From Raillietiella orientalis (Eukaryota): a stretch of 64,000 nt of DNA. This document shows, piece by piece, positions 52,057 through 64,000 of this stretch. The stretch lies in contig JAYWIR010000002.1 of assembly GCA_036172245.1 (NCBI GenBank), positions 4,402,001 through 4,466,000 of the forward strand, read 5' to 3'. The translations under genes and the position numbers were made by a program. Below the pieces are notes generated by a model. That model saw nothing but the letters and a program-made list of their open reading frames with translations, was not told the DNA's origin and made no database searches. Position 1 is the stretch's first letter, and the number at the start of each line of letters is the position of its first letter.

Positions 52057-53032
52057 CTTTCATATCTAGAGCAGATCGACGTCCACGAAATAACAGGCCA
52101 AATGCAAGGTCTTCGCTACCTGGTCCTGAGCTCGGCAATCCTGTTGCGTTTGGTCTGCCGCTTCCCGGTTATGCGTTGCCGCCACACTCATAGCAAAATT
52201 TTTCAATCTCTTTTTGTGGGAGTTATCCCCACTGCAACTACCATATAGGTTGTACGGTTTCTAGCAAACACTCCAGAGGGAGTTATCTCCCTTTATATTT
52301 CGGACTACGAATGAAACTGGGCTGACATGAGCGGTTCCGGTATCGGTCAGGAATAATGCCATCCTCATTGCTAATTCGAACTTTTCAAGCAACAGCGTTT
52401 CTGCTTGCCATATTATTAATGCAATCTCTTCATTTTAGTGAAGTAAATCATCAGTCATGCAAAGTGAATCAAAACATCAGGATTATGTAACTTGTAGCAT
52501 CTTGAGACCTAAATTTCAAATTTAAACCTAAAATCCATGAGGTCCTAAGTCAGCGTAGAGTTCATTATAACATATCTTCGTAAATTCATTGCCTTATGGA
52601 TAAGGTAATTGAAATCTTCTGTAATCTCGATAATCGTGAACAGTAGGAATTCTGGATTAATACGGGCTACTTTTGTTGTTGTGGAATAAAGCATCTATTA
52701 CTGCTAATCCTTTAGTTTCTGCTTATTCTTCCTCAAAACTCGAGCAGTTTGAATATCCTTATTGGTTGAGCAGCAGAACATTGGAAAGATGCATATGCAA
52801 TTCATCGTTTCTATTAGCAGTGTTCCGTAGTTAGAACTGAACTCATGAATCTAATTTCAGTCATAAATAGGACTATTATCATGCAAGAACAGGCGAATCA
52901 GAGACTGTGATTCAATGAGAAATAAAGAATTAGGAGTGATCAGCACTGAACTGCTCATATTTTACTGTCTAAAGTGTGAGGATGTGTAATATTTGGAGCT
53001 TCGGATTACTCGATACATTTATCATCATGCTA

Positions 53033-53490
53033 TAGTACACCCTCGTATAACGCGGGGGATATGTTCCGCATAATACGAGCTCTATGAATTACTCATTGAT
53101 AATATAGTAGTGTTTATAAAAATATGGCATGTATCTTAATGCGTTGTACCAGTAGCATATTTATCATTTCACTTGGAAACAGAAAGAAAAGAAAGTAAAA
53201 GCCTTTATTCATTATTTAACTGGAAGAAGAGAAAAAATACCTTTAGACTTTTGCTGATATCTAATCACTAAACAAATCTATAGCTTCACCTAGTTTTCTC
53301 GTTGTTGAAAAGTGCGTCTTTTTGTGCTGTTTAAATAAAGTAAAATTAAAAATATCTAAATCACGTGTTTGCAATCCTTTCGAAGACAGTTGAACACACT
53401 TTACCACGAAATCAAAATTCATCCACAGAGTCGTACCGCGTTATACGAGAGCTGTCGCAATTTTCCCGTCGCTTATACGGAGGTTCACTG
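53033..53490. mobile_element. Degenerate pogo/Tigger-like (Tc1-mariner superfamily) non-autonomous element (MITE)
   Basis: Left end TA|TAGTACACCCTCGTATAACGCGGGGGATATGTTCC. The right end reverse-complements to CAGTGAACCTCCGTATAAGCG (imperfect TIR). A subterminal inverted copy CCGCGTTATACGAGAG lies at ~53436. The interior is AT-rich and non-coding. The right-hand TA target duplication is missing. Confidence 0.65.
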
Positions 53491-56400
53491 CCTTTACTAA
53501 ATCAAACGCATGTCAAATTAATTAGTGCAAATAATATCATTAGCATTTAATACCGCAACTTGGTCGTATGTTGCCTTCGTTCATTTCACATTTACCTTTC
53601 TGGCCATTAAGTTTATCCGTACAGAACCGGGAAAAATCCTCCACCTGTAGCTGCAAGCTATCCACGTTATCAGCCTCAGTCTGTGAAGCGATGACCACCC
53701 TCCACGTCTCTTCGTACGTGCCATGTGCAAAAGAGGTTTTGTGAAAATCATTGCTCCTGTAAATTTCATACCTCTTTGCTGTCTTGGAAGAGCCGTACGC
53801 ACTCTCAGCTCGTTAGTAGTTGCCGGCTGCTAAGACAGTTTCCTGCAGATGTCAGGTGCCTCTTTCCTTGAAACGTTCGGCAAACTGATTGAATCGAAGA
53901 CGGGAGAATTTGGCGGAACACTCCCACTGGCATGGGAGCGTCCCTTGGTCTTTTGATTCCAAGGAACGGACTGCAGTCATTTATGGAAGCTGGTAAAGAC
54001 GAGTGAAGATTCCACTTTGTTAATCAAGCTGCATGTGAGCGAGTCAAGCGTTGAGAAAGAAATCGGAAGACGGATAACTGGACCCCTTTGGTCTGTGGAT
54101 CCGATGGCCTTCCATTCAAGATTGGAGCGATTTCAGCGTCTGCAACAAGTTGGCAAACGGTGAGGAATGGTCCTTTGTGATTTAATGATAATGAACAGCG
54201 TGCAGTGCTCTGGAAAGCGCAAACAAAAATTCATTAGAGCTGCGCCAAAAAGGAGAAGAGGAAGAAAAAGAAAGGCGCGAAGATCTCGAGGGTCAGAAAA
54301 AACTCAAACTGAACTTCTTTCGAGATAGGTTCTTCAAAGCATGTCTCACCTAATGGCTACCTCTCTACTTCCTTTGTCTTCCATGGTGCCCTGCATGCAT
54401 AGCTCTCAATTCTCCAAGAAGCCAAGCCTCATTTGTTTCTGCGACGATGTCCTCAGAGAGTCAGTCAAAGGAACTGAAGGATGCTTCTATCCCCTGCTAT
54501 CTGGGGTGCGACAATATGCTTATCTTGGGGGCATCATTCGAATCCCCCCTGTCGTTTGCAGTTCTAGATTAGCTCCAGAATCGACCCTCTTGTGGTTTTC
54601 GTCTTCCCACGCTTTGGTGGCAACAGCCCACGCAGATCTATCGGGTAGAGCCATAGTGAAGAGAATCACGGATCGAGCCGTAGAGCCAGAAAATGGCGAC
54701 TGCAGGTTGGGAACGTAAGAGTCAAGAACCGTTACTCACTTTCTTCACTGTAGTGTTCCCACTTGGATGAGCGTTTCGACTTGAAGGTGAATGACAGTGA
54801 GTGACTCAGGGATTCTGAGCGATGTCTTGGCTTTGTCCTCGACACCTCCCGCGAGGCAAGGAGTCCAGCTTCTGCTGGGACGAAACAAAATGCTGTGAGG
54901 ATCGTAGCTACTCAGAGTGGAACTTGATAGAGCGACACGAGGGCGACATGCGTTCATCTGTTCTCTGAGCCGAACAAGTCTTCTGAGCCGGAAGTATCTG
55001 ACGCCAATGTTGAGAATTTGTCTCTTGTTGAGTTGAGGGCTTCATACATCGCGTACCATTTCCGTTTTGGCGACCGTGTGGCTCTCCGGTCTCTCCTCGC
55101 GTGGCACCAAGCGTTGCGGGTTCCAATCCCCACACGAAGGAGCGACGTCGAGAATGGGGGGTACGTCATGGGTTTCGAGAGTCCCCTCGCCCCCGCAGGA
55201 TGGCACTGGTTAGCCGACAGACTTCGGGTGCGGTGACACTGGTTGACACCCGGGCACGGCGGAGCGTTTATTTATAAAAAAATAAACATACACGTCTGTG
55301 GTAGGACGTTTGATCCTGCCATATTACTTATAACTACGAGAAGGAATCTACCGGGAACTGGCATGCAGACCAGCAGGGTTCGCCTCGGCAGCACAGGGGG
55401 AGGGGATACAAACAAAAAGAAAGAAAGAAAGAAAACAAAAAACATAGAGTAAAAAAATAGGGGGATTCGGGAAGGTATCACTGTGTTCTGGAGGGTGTCC
55501 TCTGCATCCTCCTAAAGATGCCGGCAAGTAAGGATGAGGTACAGCATTGGTGGAAGCCGGAAACCCCCGGATGTCCCCGTTGAGTGGCCGGGACTGGAAT
55601 TTGACTCTCTGGGGTCCTTCCACGAATTGAGGAGCCCATTGGGTTCCCCTCCGGCTGCGAAAATGGAGCCGTGCCATGGAGCTGGTTGATACATCCCTCT
55701 GGGGGCCGACTCTCCGCAGTGTCAAAAGCGCTCTGTTCCCTTCGGGGAGTGCCCTTCAAGAGAAATTTGGTAGCGTCCCACTCCCGGGGTTCTCTTCAGA
55801 GGAGGAGGAAACTGGAAGGAGTGGTCTCCCGGAATGGAGGGTCTGCTCCTTTGCACAACCGGAGGGGGAACTGCCCACTCCTTGATTCCTGGAATGACGC
55901 GCAGGTCAACTCCCCATTGTCCCGGCCACTCATCGGGGGCATCCGGTTTGAGCCGCTACCATTTCCACCGCACCCGAATGAATAGAGGCCAACCAGCATC
56001 ATCTCGCGGGAGGAACTCGAACCAACGAAGCACCCCCATTTCTCGGTGTCGATTCTTTCCGAGTATTCGAACCCACGACTCTTGGTGGTGCCTTGCGCGG
56101 AGACCGCAGCAGCCACAAGGCCTTCAGATCGTGAACATGCCCCTCAAAGACCTTGCCGGCTCCTGATTCCCGAAGCTTCTGTGTTAATGATTCGCAGGAT
56201 ACAGTGCTTAACGCATTAGCGAAATCGCTGTAGTTTGGGAGGATGCGTGCCTTTCTACTGTCCGGATACCGCCAATAGTGAGCGAGAATTCCCCAGTGAA
56301 GTCAGCAGACGGAAATCTGTGCTTGCAGTATTTTCTTTCAGGCCACATTTTTTACTGAACAAAGAATTCGTCGTAAGAATAGTCAGGCTGGATCTTCATG

Positions 56401-59400
56401 GTCTTCCTGCCTTCGGTGTGGGATCTCAGCCAAAAGGCCGAGGAGAGCGGTGCTCGAGGATGCAGTGCACATCGCATCCTTCCTCTGCGAGCTGTAGTGT
56501 TTGCAAAGCATCCATTTGAAAATTCTGCTGTGGCTCCCGGGGCGCCGCTGCAGTCCCGGACCGGGCAGGCACCGGTCTGCCAGTTCTAATTCACATCAAG
56601 TGGAGAAGAGTAAAACTTGGGTTAGGAAATTGCTTTGTTTGTTTAATCCCTTCAGCGATCCACTGACGTAGGGGACGCACTGTTGCGAACAGGTGTGCCG
56701 ATTCACTGACGTAGGCGACAGGCCTCAAATATCTCAAGTTTACCTCTGCCTGCATTCCTCAACATCACACATTCCGCTGATCAGTCACTTACAGTACACC
56801 TCAAACTTTCGCCCCTGTTGTTTTTCATAGGACCCCACAACCGCCACAAGACGTATCGGCCCCCAAAACTCACTTTTATCTCTGAAACGCATCAATCGAT
56901 TGAAAATTAAAAGCCTTTCTCCTCCAGGAAATTTAAGAACCGAGAGGAAGCCTGGAAACGATTTGTAAATCCTCTCCATAAGCGCTGAACCCGTGACTGC
57001 ATTTCGGCTGTTGCTCGACAGCAAAGCTTTTCCAGCATCCGGTCCGTCCCATATTGCTGCGTCTCCGCTTCTCGTTCTCGGGCGGGGAGCGCTCTGATGC
57101 GAACCCGAAACCTCTCGAAAGTTGCGGGCTGACCTGCTTTCTGGCTCCGCTGTTATCCATTCTTCCTAACAGTCAGAGCACTTCTGCTCTTACGCTGCAT
57201 CCTTGGTCATCCGTTGCTCACGCTCGATCGTTCCGCCATCTTAGGCAACGAAGCCAGGCCCGTACGGGCCGCATGACTTTTCTTTGCAAATGTTTGTTTG
57301 TTCCTTCGAAAATATTTGCAGATCTCATTTTCAAGGGATCTTCTTGAACATCTTCGGCACATTCCCTCTGCCCCCCATCCTTCCCCGAAGTTCCAGTTCC
57401 CCAAAGCTTCCATCATGAGATCCCATTAAAGGTGGAGGCTCATATTTTTACTGAACGATGAAGTGCGGGGGCGTTGGTGCATCTCCCACCTCCACCCGCG
57501 AATGCATTGCTAGAGGTCAGTGACATAGCATTTTGCCCTGGATTGGGGACCGCGGGGCCACGATCGGAAGCACGCCTCACGCACACGAGGGTTGCGAGCT
57601 CTCAGATTGCGAAGTGGGTTGCATGCCGATGCTCAAAAGAGCATGCTGCGAGTAATGGAGCAGATGCTGTAACGGAGATGCAGTCAGCATGAGCCTTAGA
57701 TTATCTGGAAAGCGCTGTAGCATTTTTTCTGCCTCGCTCGCGCGTTGTCTGCGTCTTTTATCTTTCTACGCAACGTGGCAGCTTCCAGATGCTCCTTTGC
57801 AATTCCTGTTGGTGGATCTTGCACTTCGGTACATTCTAATGCGGATTTATCGGCGATGCTGAAGAGTTCCTGCGAGGCATCTGCGATTCCTGTCGACGGT
57901 TGCTATGAGTCCGTTCGAGATGAGACCGAGGTCATCGGTCGAAGAGGGAGGAGTTCCTGCTCGCGGCAGTGTTCGGGCGTTCCAGACAGAGCAAGATCAT
58001 CCAATGACACCTCACCATCTGATCACCTGGTACTTTGGACGGATTCCATCCGACCGTTTTGGTTACTCCCGCCAATGAGCAAACGGCTCCTCCTTCATTC
58101 CCGCCAATGAGCGGTTCCCTTGCGGGTTGTTCCCACCGGAGAAGGAACGAGTAGTGGCCTCCTCCAAGGGGTCCCTCGAGAGAGAATAAGGGGGTGTTTC
58201 CCTTCGAAGTTCCCTTGGGAGTCAACCAGGATGAGAGGGTTCCTTTCGGGTTTCCCTACCAAGCACAAGCACGCCATGCAACGAACCCTTTGCATGGCTG
58301 CTAGCCATGGGAAGAGAAATCATCCTTGTCGGGATGGCTAACCAAACTGAAGCAGTCGAGATGAGTGACGCTTCTCATCGCTAATCCAAGATCAGAGTAA
58401 AGCCTCAAGGCCACCCCACTCCTTTGCACGCGCTGGTCAGAACCCCACGCTTGCGGGGTAACACGCCTTGGACGCGTTCAACTCCAAGCTTTGGGAACAG
58501 CACTTGCGAAAAGACCGAACTCAAAGTTCTCAAAGGGTGAGGGAGCCTGGGACGCAGGAAGAGAGACAGAATTGCTCCTTGTTGGAGCAATACGTGGCAT
58601 CGGATACGCAGTGATGCCATAAGAAATACATGTAATTGTGGTTACTGGACCACAGTTGTGTGTGTGAATCGAACGAACTGTGCGCGCAAAGACGTTGTGA
58701 AATGTCGTGAAAGACTCGGCGACGCTGCAGAAACGACGTGCCTTTCGTTTTATTCCAGAGTGTTCGGACAGTTCGTGTTTGGAACATTCGTCGTAGCAAA
58801 GAGTATTCGTCCCTCCCCCCCCCATTTTGTAATAATCATTTCGACATACAGATGCAATGCTAGGTAATTTTTTCCGCGCAGAAACTGGTGTGCAGCTCCC
58901 AGATGTGCTTCATGCATTTGCTCAGGATTTTTTTTTTTTTTTTTTAAAGTCGAAATTGTAAATTTAATCATTTTTTAAAATGAGCTTGCACGTGCCATTT
59001 CCTCGAAATTAGCTGGACGAAATGAAGCTCAGTCATCCGAACAGCAGATAATCAGAAACAAGGTTGAAGCTAAAAAAATTTTTTTTGCTCTGAAACCAAA
59101 ATACAAGTCATTATTACTATTAAGGCTGTAATGCAATCCAAACAGAAGTATGTAATAAGATTAGGCATCGTTATCTCTACATAGCGAGCTTCATCACTAT
59201 TGCAAGGAGGAGGAGATCGGTACCAAAAGAATTCTCAAGAGTTCCTCCTCCTAAGGATCCGAAATATCGAAAGGTACGTGCGAAAAAAAGGGTTAAGTAA
59301 AACGAGCAATTGTACCATAAAACGCCATTGCTAACTTCATCATTGATTTTTAATATGGAGCAGCTAAATGTTATAATTTGTTATAATCATAGAAGATTAT

Positions 59401-60061
59401 AGAATGATACAATGATTTCTAAAAGTCACCATTTTAGCTGCCAAGCAAATTCAAAGGGATGTGGTGGGATGTGTAATGTCATCAATATGGACCACCCAAA
59501 AAATTAATTGTTAATAAGAGGAGTTAAAGAGATAATAAGAGATAATTAGATAGCATCTTGTTTCCTTGGTCATGTTTGGAAGAAGCAAGAAAATAGATCT
59601 GCCTCATTTATGAGCGCTCACTCGAAAGAGGCAGTACAATTTAGCGTGCTTTAACTTGCATTGAAGTGTACGTCATAATTAGGTATCTATGTATACAGAC
59701 AGCTGCTGCGCGTATACAGGACATTCTATTACTTTCATAAATTCCTGAATAAACTGAATGCTGAAATGGTTGGATTTTAGCTCTCAATCAACCAAACCAC
59801 GCACTCAGATATTTAAATTTCACGTACTTTGTTAATTATTTGCGTTTGTCAGTGCTGTGTGATTAAGTAGGCTTTAAAATCACGTGCGGTATGATTTTAA
59901 AGTAAACTTACAGACAATCACAGGAGCTTTACCGATTGAGAGAGAACCTTGCAGGAATTCTTGTGACCCTTATTGCATTCTTTAGTTGCTTTTCAATGTT
60001 CATCACGAGCACGAAAGCTAAGATGATTAGGCTGGAAAAAGTTATGTACACGCGAACGTAG

Positions 60062-61461
60062 ATGTGCTTTAGTCCCACAAGTACCAATATTCTCATCTTT
60101 TTGTTGATTTTGCGTTTATTGCCAGATGGTGAATCTCTTCCCGAAGACGAATGGTATACGTTCAAGGTAATGGGACTTGCTTTATGTGTGCGTGTTTCCT
60201 TTGCTTTGTTAAAATTAAGCATCAGTACGTTGTAGATGGTCACACTGATTACAGTTCACCTGGTCGCAATTTCCAAAATTCATCAAAAGCATTAAGAACT
60301 AATGTTCAATTCAGTTACGAATTTTACGAAAGAGGGAATACTTATACCAATATACCAATATTCAGTTATGCATGTATTGATTATGCTGATACTTGGTACA
60401 GAATATTCTGTTCAATGAGTAGCTCCCTCCCGATCCGCGACTGAATGATTAAAAGGCAATGAATTTCATTGCAGATCAGTTCATGAGCACGAGCGTACGA
60501 GTTGAATGAACGAGAAGCTACGAGAAAACCGTACATTCTATCCCCTGCTAAAGAATTTCGAGTCGGTTGTGAGATGTCATCCGTCAGATCCGTTGAGTCG
60601 CTCATGCACATTTACTTACGGATGTTTTTTTTTTTTTCTTACTAAATTGTTATTCTGAGCCTGGCAACACTTCTATAGTTGGCTTATTGACAACGCCGAG
60701 CAATAAGTCGACGTCCGGTAACGTTGAACTCGGCAATCGTAGAATATGTTACTGGGAGCCCGGAGCATCATATGGGTGAATACCTGTTGCTGGGGGGGTA
60801 ATCCGAAATGAGCACATTTTCTGATGTTGCTTTCAACAGCAGATTATCGCGATTTATATTTCAAGCCCTGTAATGGCATTTTTTATTCCCGAGTAAACAA
60901 AGAATTACCAGAAAAGTATTGCACAACGTCATAGAGGATATGTTTTTTGATCATAACTAGGAATAGGTTCATTCACGAAATTCAAGAAATCGTAGAGGGA
61001 TAAAACAGTATTTGTTGTATGGCTTTTTAAAGCAGACTGTGGAAATATGATATCCTGTGTGTATCCTTTTCTTTCTTTCTTTTCTTTTCTTTTTTTTTTT
61101 CGAGATCATTTACAACAGGAGATATCGAAACACTAAAGAAGAGAATCGAAGGTATTCCATATATATGAAGAATAAGTACCTTATCGAGAAACATAATGAG
61201 CAGCACCTGAGAGGGGAAATGTCATTCACAATGGCCCTCAATAAATACGCAGATATGGTGAGGATATCCCTGTCTTCGTGCTACCAATTCGGTTCCTTAA
61301 GAGAAAGTCTTGGCCGTGAATGGGATTCGTTGCACTGCTTTTTTAATCAGCTGCTGAATTCCCTTCTGAGCATGCTGGAAGAGAATGTGCATTGATAAAT
61401 CACACTGATTTTCTTATTTTTTACCAGTACTTGATTGTTCGTTAGTATCTTTAGCATTTTC

Positions 61462-61496
<35 letters not shown>

Positions 61497-62537
61497 GCTC
61501 TGACTTTTGAACTTTTGTAATGACCGATTTGTATCCATTGACTTTTGGTTGCTTAACCTCTTTGTCCGTTTGATGTAAGCAATCTTAGCAGACTGGATAG
61601 AAAACCTGTTTTTGTGTGATTGTACCATGTCGATAGGAAACCAGAGAATCCGTCGGTAAGCTAAATGGGTTGAAACGGAAATGGAACAAGAGGACTAAAG
61701 TGCAAACAGTCAAGCAAACCGGAATAGACATTCCGAAATCCATGGACTATCGAAAATTAGGTTATGTGACCCACGTCAAGGATCAAAAATTCTGCTCTGC
61801 CTGCTGGGCGTTCAGTACTGTAGTTTTATTTTCTCACATTTTGCCGTTCCAATTACTGATTCTATTTTAGATTGGCTCGTTGGAGGGAGCATACTACAAA
61901 AAAACAGGAGAACTTTTACCGTTGAGTGAGCAGCAGCTGATAGACTGTGCTAAAGATTGGGACAATTCGGGCTGCAAAGGTGGTTCAATGAGTTCAGCTT
62001 TCGAATACATAATAGACAACGGAGGAGTGTGTACAGAGGAATCGTATCCATATACTGGCTGTGTAACCATGACGTGGACGGTATTTCATGATTTATGAAT
62101 TTGTCTTTTTTTTGTAGGATAAAAAGTGTCGTTTCTCAAACCAGAGTTTGGGAGCGACCATGACGGATTTTGATTACGTAAATTGCAGGAACGAAAGAGA
62201 ACTGCAAAAAGCTCTCGTTCTCTACGGACCGATCTCTGTTGCCATAGATGCCAGTCACGATTCTTTTCTTTTTTATTCATCTGGTAGGAGATGAATGACT
62301 GAGTGTACTTACGAGAATATCGATATAGGAATATATTATAACAGGAATTGTTCCAGTGAACATCTTGATCACGCTGCGCTACTTGTGGGATACGATGTAA
62401 GTGATGAAGGTGATGAATTCTGGATCGTTAAAAATTCATACGGAGAGGACTGGGGAGAAGATGGCTACATAAAAATGTCCCGAAATAGGGACAACAATTG
62501 TGGCATCGCATCCGAGGCCATTTTTCCCATTCTATAA
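60062..62537 (+). CDS. Papain-family (C1A) cathepsin L-like cysteine protease preproenzyme; 6 exons
   Basis: Signal exon 60062-60166 ending EWYTFK; I29 propeptide with ERFNIN-like [20 protein letters not shown] and ALNKYADM; mature domain IPKSMDYR...[73 protein letters not shown]. Catalytic Cys, His and Asn are present. Confidence 0.95.
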
Positions 62538-62611
62538 TTTTGTGGCGTATTTGGCAAACCACATTTATTCATTGTGTGTATGAACAAATGGATTTTCATC
62601 TCTGAAGATAC

Positions 62612-62617
62612 AATAAA
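62612..62617 (+). terminator. Polyadenylation signal AATAAA of the cathepsin gene
   Basis: AATAAA 75 nt after the stop. Confidence 0.55.
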
Positions 62618-64000
62618 ATGTCATTATTAACGACGGATCGACTAAGTACGGATTTAATTTTGATCACGTTACATTCCAATGGAAACGAAAGCACATAAGT
62701 AGTTGATTAAAAAAGTCCAGAAGGAGTCAACGGATCATAATTTTTTTTTTCTCCAGGGAAGAATCCAGTTGTTTAACATAAAAACAACTGGCGTGCACCA
62801 TTGCATCCCCTTGGTCATGTTTTATGATGACTGTGGGATACACGAGTTGAGTTATTGACCCAAAAATGACTGAGTTAGCACAAATAAGTAGTAGGGTTCC
62901 CTGGTCTTCAAGGAAGTTGTTTCAAATGCATTTTCGCATTTTTTTTGTTTTTGTTTTGAGATGATTCATAAAGTCTCTCAGCTGCAAAATTTGAAACTTT
63001 GCATATGATTCCTGCCCATTTACAAAGTGTGATGAATCTGGAAGAGAATATTCAGCTTCTCGTAGGAATTAATTATCTTCAGTTATTATATTTCGAATTT
63101 TTTTTTAACGTTATAACGGTTTCCTTTTCAGGAAAAGCGCTTTTTCATGAAGTGCCATTTGCTGCATTGTTACCAGGTATTTTTTGGTCCTTTTGAACGT
63201 TTAGTTCGGATGGACTTCTTTCTTGAAAGAACTTTTCTTATCCTATGCATTCTGCATGATGGTAGTTTCCGCTCGAAGAGTTTTTTAATAGCAAACCTTT
63301 TACAGTGATTTCCTCTTAGAATTTCGAGTCTCAAGTATTGAAAAATTTGGGTCATATTTTTTTTCTTCTGTTACCAGAGTTTACTTCGTGTTTTTTTTTT
63401 TTTTGAAAATGCACGAAGCCCCAAATTATCCTTTTGAGAGCTAATTTGAGAATGTCACCAAATTAAAAAAATAGACTAACATCTCATCGGCATATTTCAT
63501 TAAAATCAATGTGTTGTGATGTATTATGCAAACTAAGAACTCAGACATGTCGCTTTTAAGAAAGAATGTCATATTTTCAAAGGCAACTGTTGACGAATTC
63601 CTGAAGAACCATTTGTTCAGCAAATGTCGAATTCAAAATACTGGGAACATTTTCTGAGCGTGCAACTGCAATGTAAAAGCAGATAATCTGACTGATAAAT
63701 GCAGGACAGTAATAATTCATGAAAGAGCACGTGAAACATAAAGTTTTAAAGATATTTAATACAAAATTGCAATTCTTACGTTAAGTATGCACACTGGCGG
63801 CAGAAATCAACAGCTGCTGTTTAGTAGCTTGGTAAGAGACTCGAGCTTATACTGAAGTATGACCTCAAGTATGACCTCTCATTTCTGGGCATGCAGATCA
63901 CCAGTTGCAGTTCAGAAAGAGTAATACAGATACTGACAAAGTTATCTAGTTACACTTGAAGCATTAAAAGCAATTCCTTAACAAGCAATTTTTTTCCTGA

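Noticed and set aside
53849-54328. Selenoprotein or stop-codon reassignment explanation for frames broken only by TGA
   Set aside because: Conserved genes here end in TGA or TAA normally and have no internal stops; no SECIS or selenoprotein homology seen; such frames can occur by chance at ~50% GC
1-64000. CRISPR arrays, tRNA/rRNA genes, operons or prokaryotic defence systems
   Set aside because: The sequence is intron-rich eukaryotic DNA; I saw no regularly spaced repeats, cloverleafs or rRNA-like segments

Overview
AT-rich eukaryotic (metazoan, arthropod-like) genomic DNA with very small spliceosomal introns, mostly 34-60 nt. I assembled seven multi-exon genes by hand from the ORF track and splice sites: RagC/D GTPase (+), a CD164/endolyn (visgun-like) sialomucin (-), osa/ARID1 (+), trithorax/KMT2A (-), LRPPRC/bsf (+), NSUN4 (-) and a divergent cathepsin L-like protease (+). 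There is also a pogo/Tigger-like MITE and several microsatellites. Most notable: (i) introns of only 34, 35 and 38 nt, and several acceptors with little or no polypyrimidine tract; (ii) the first six genes form three tail-to-tail pairs, each functionally matched (lysosomal; trithorax-group; mitochondrial RNA metabolism); (iii) a miniaturised Trx with a remodelled CXXC finger and an abrupt GC/CpG-rich SET-coding end, against a CpG pattern suggesting mosaic gene-body methylation; (iv) several strong hairpins and an unexplained ~5 kb GC-rich island. All exon boundaries are manual predictions and no database searches were run.
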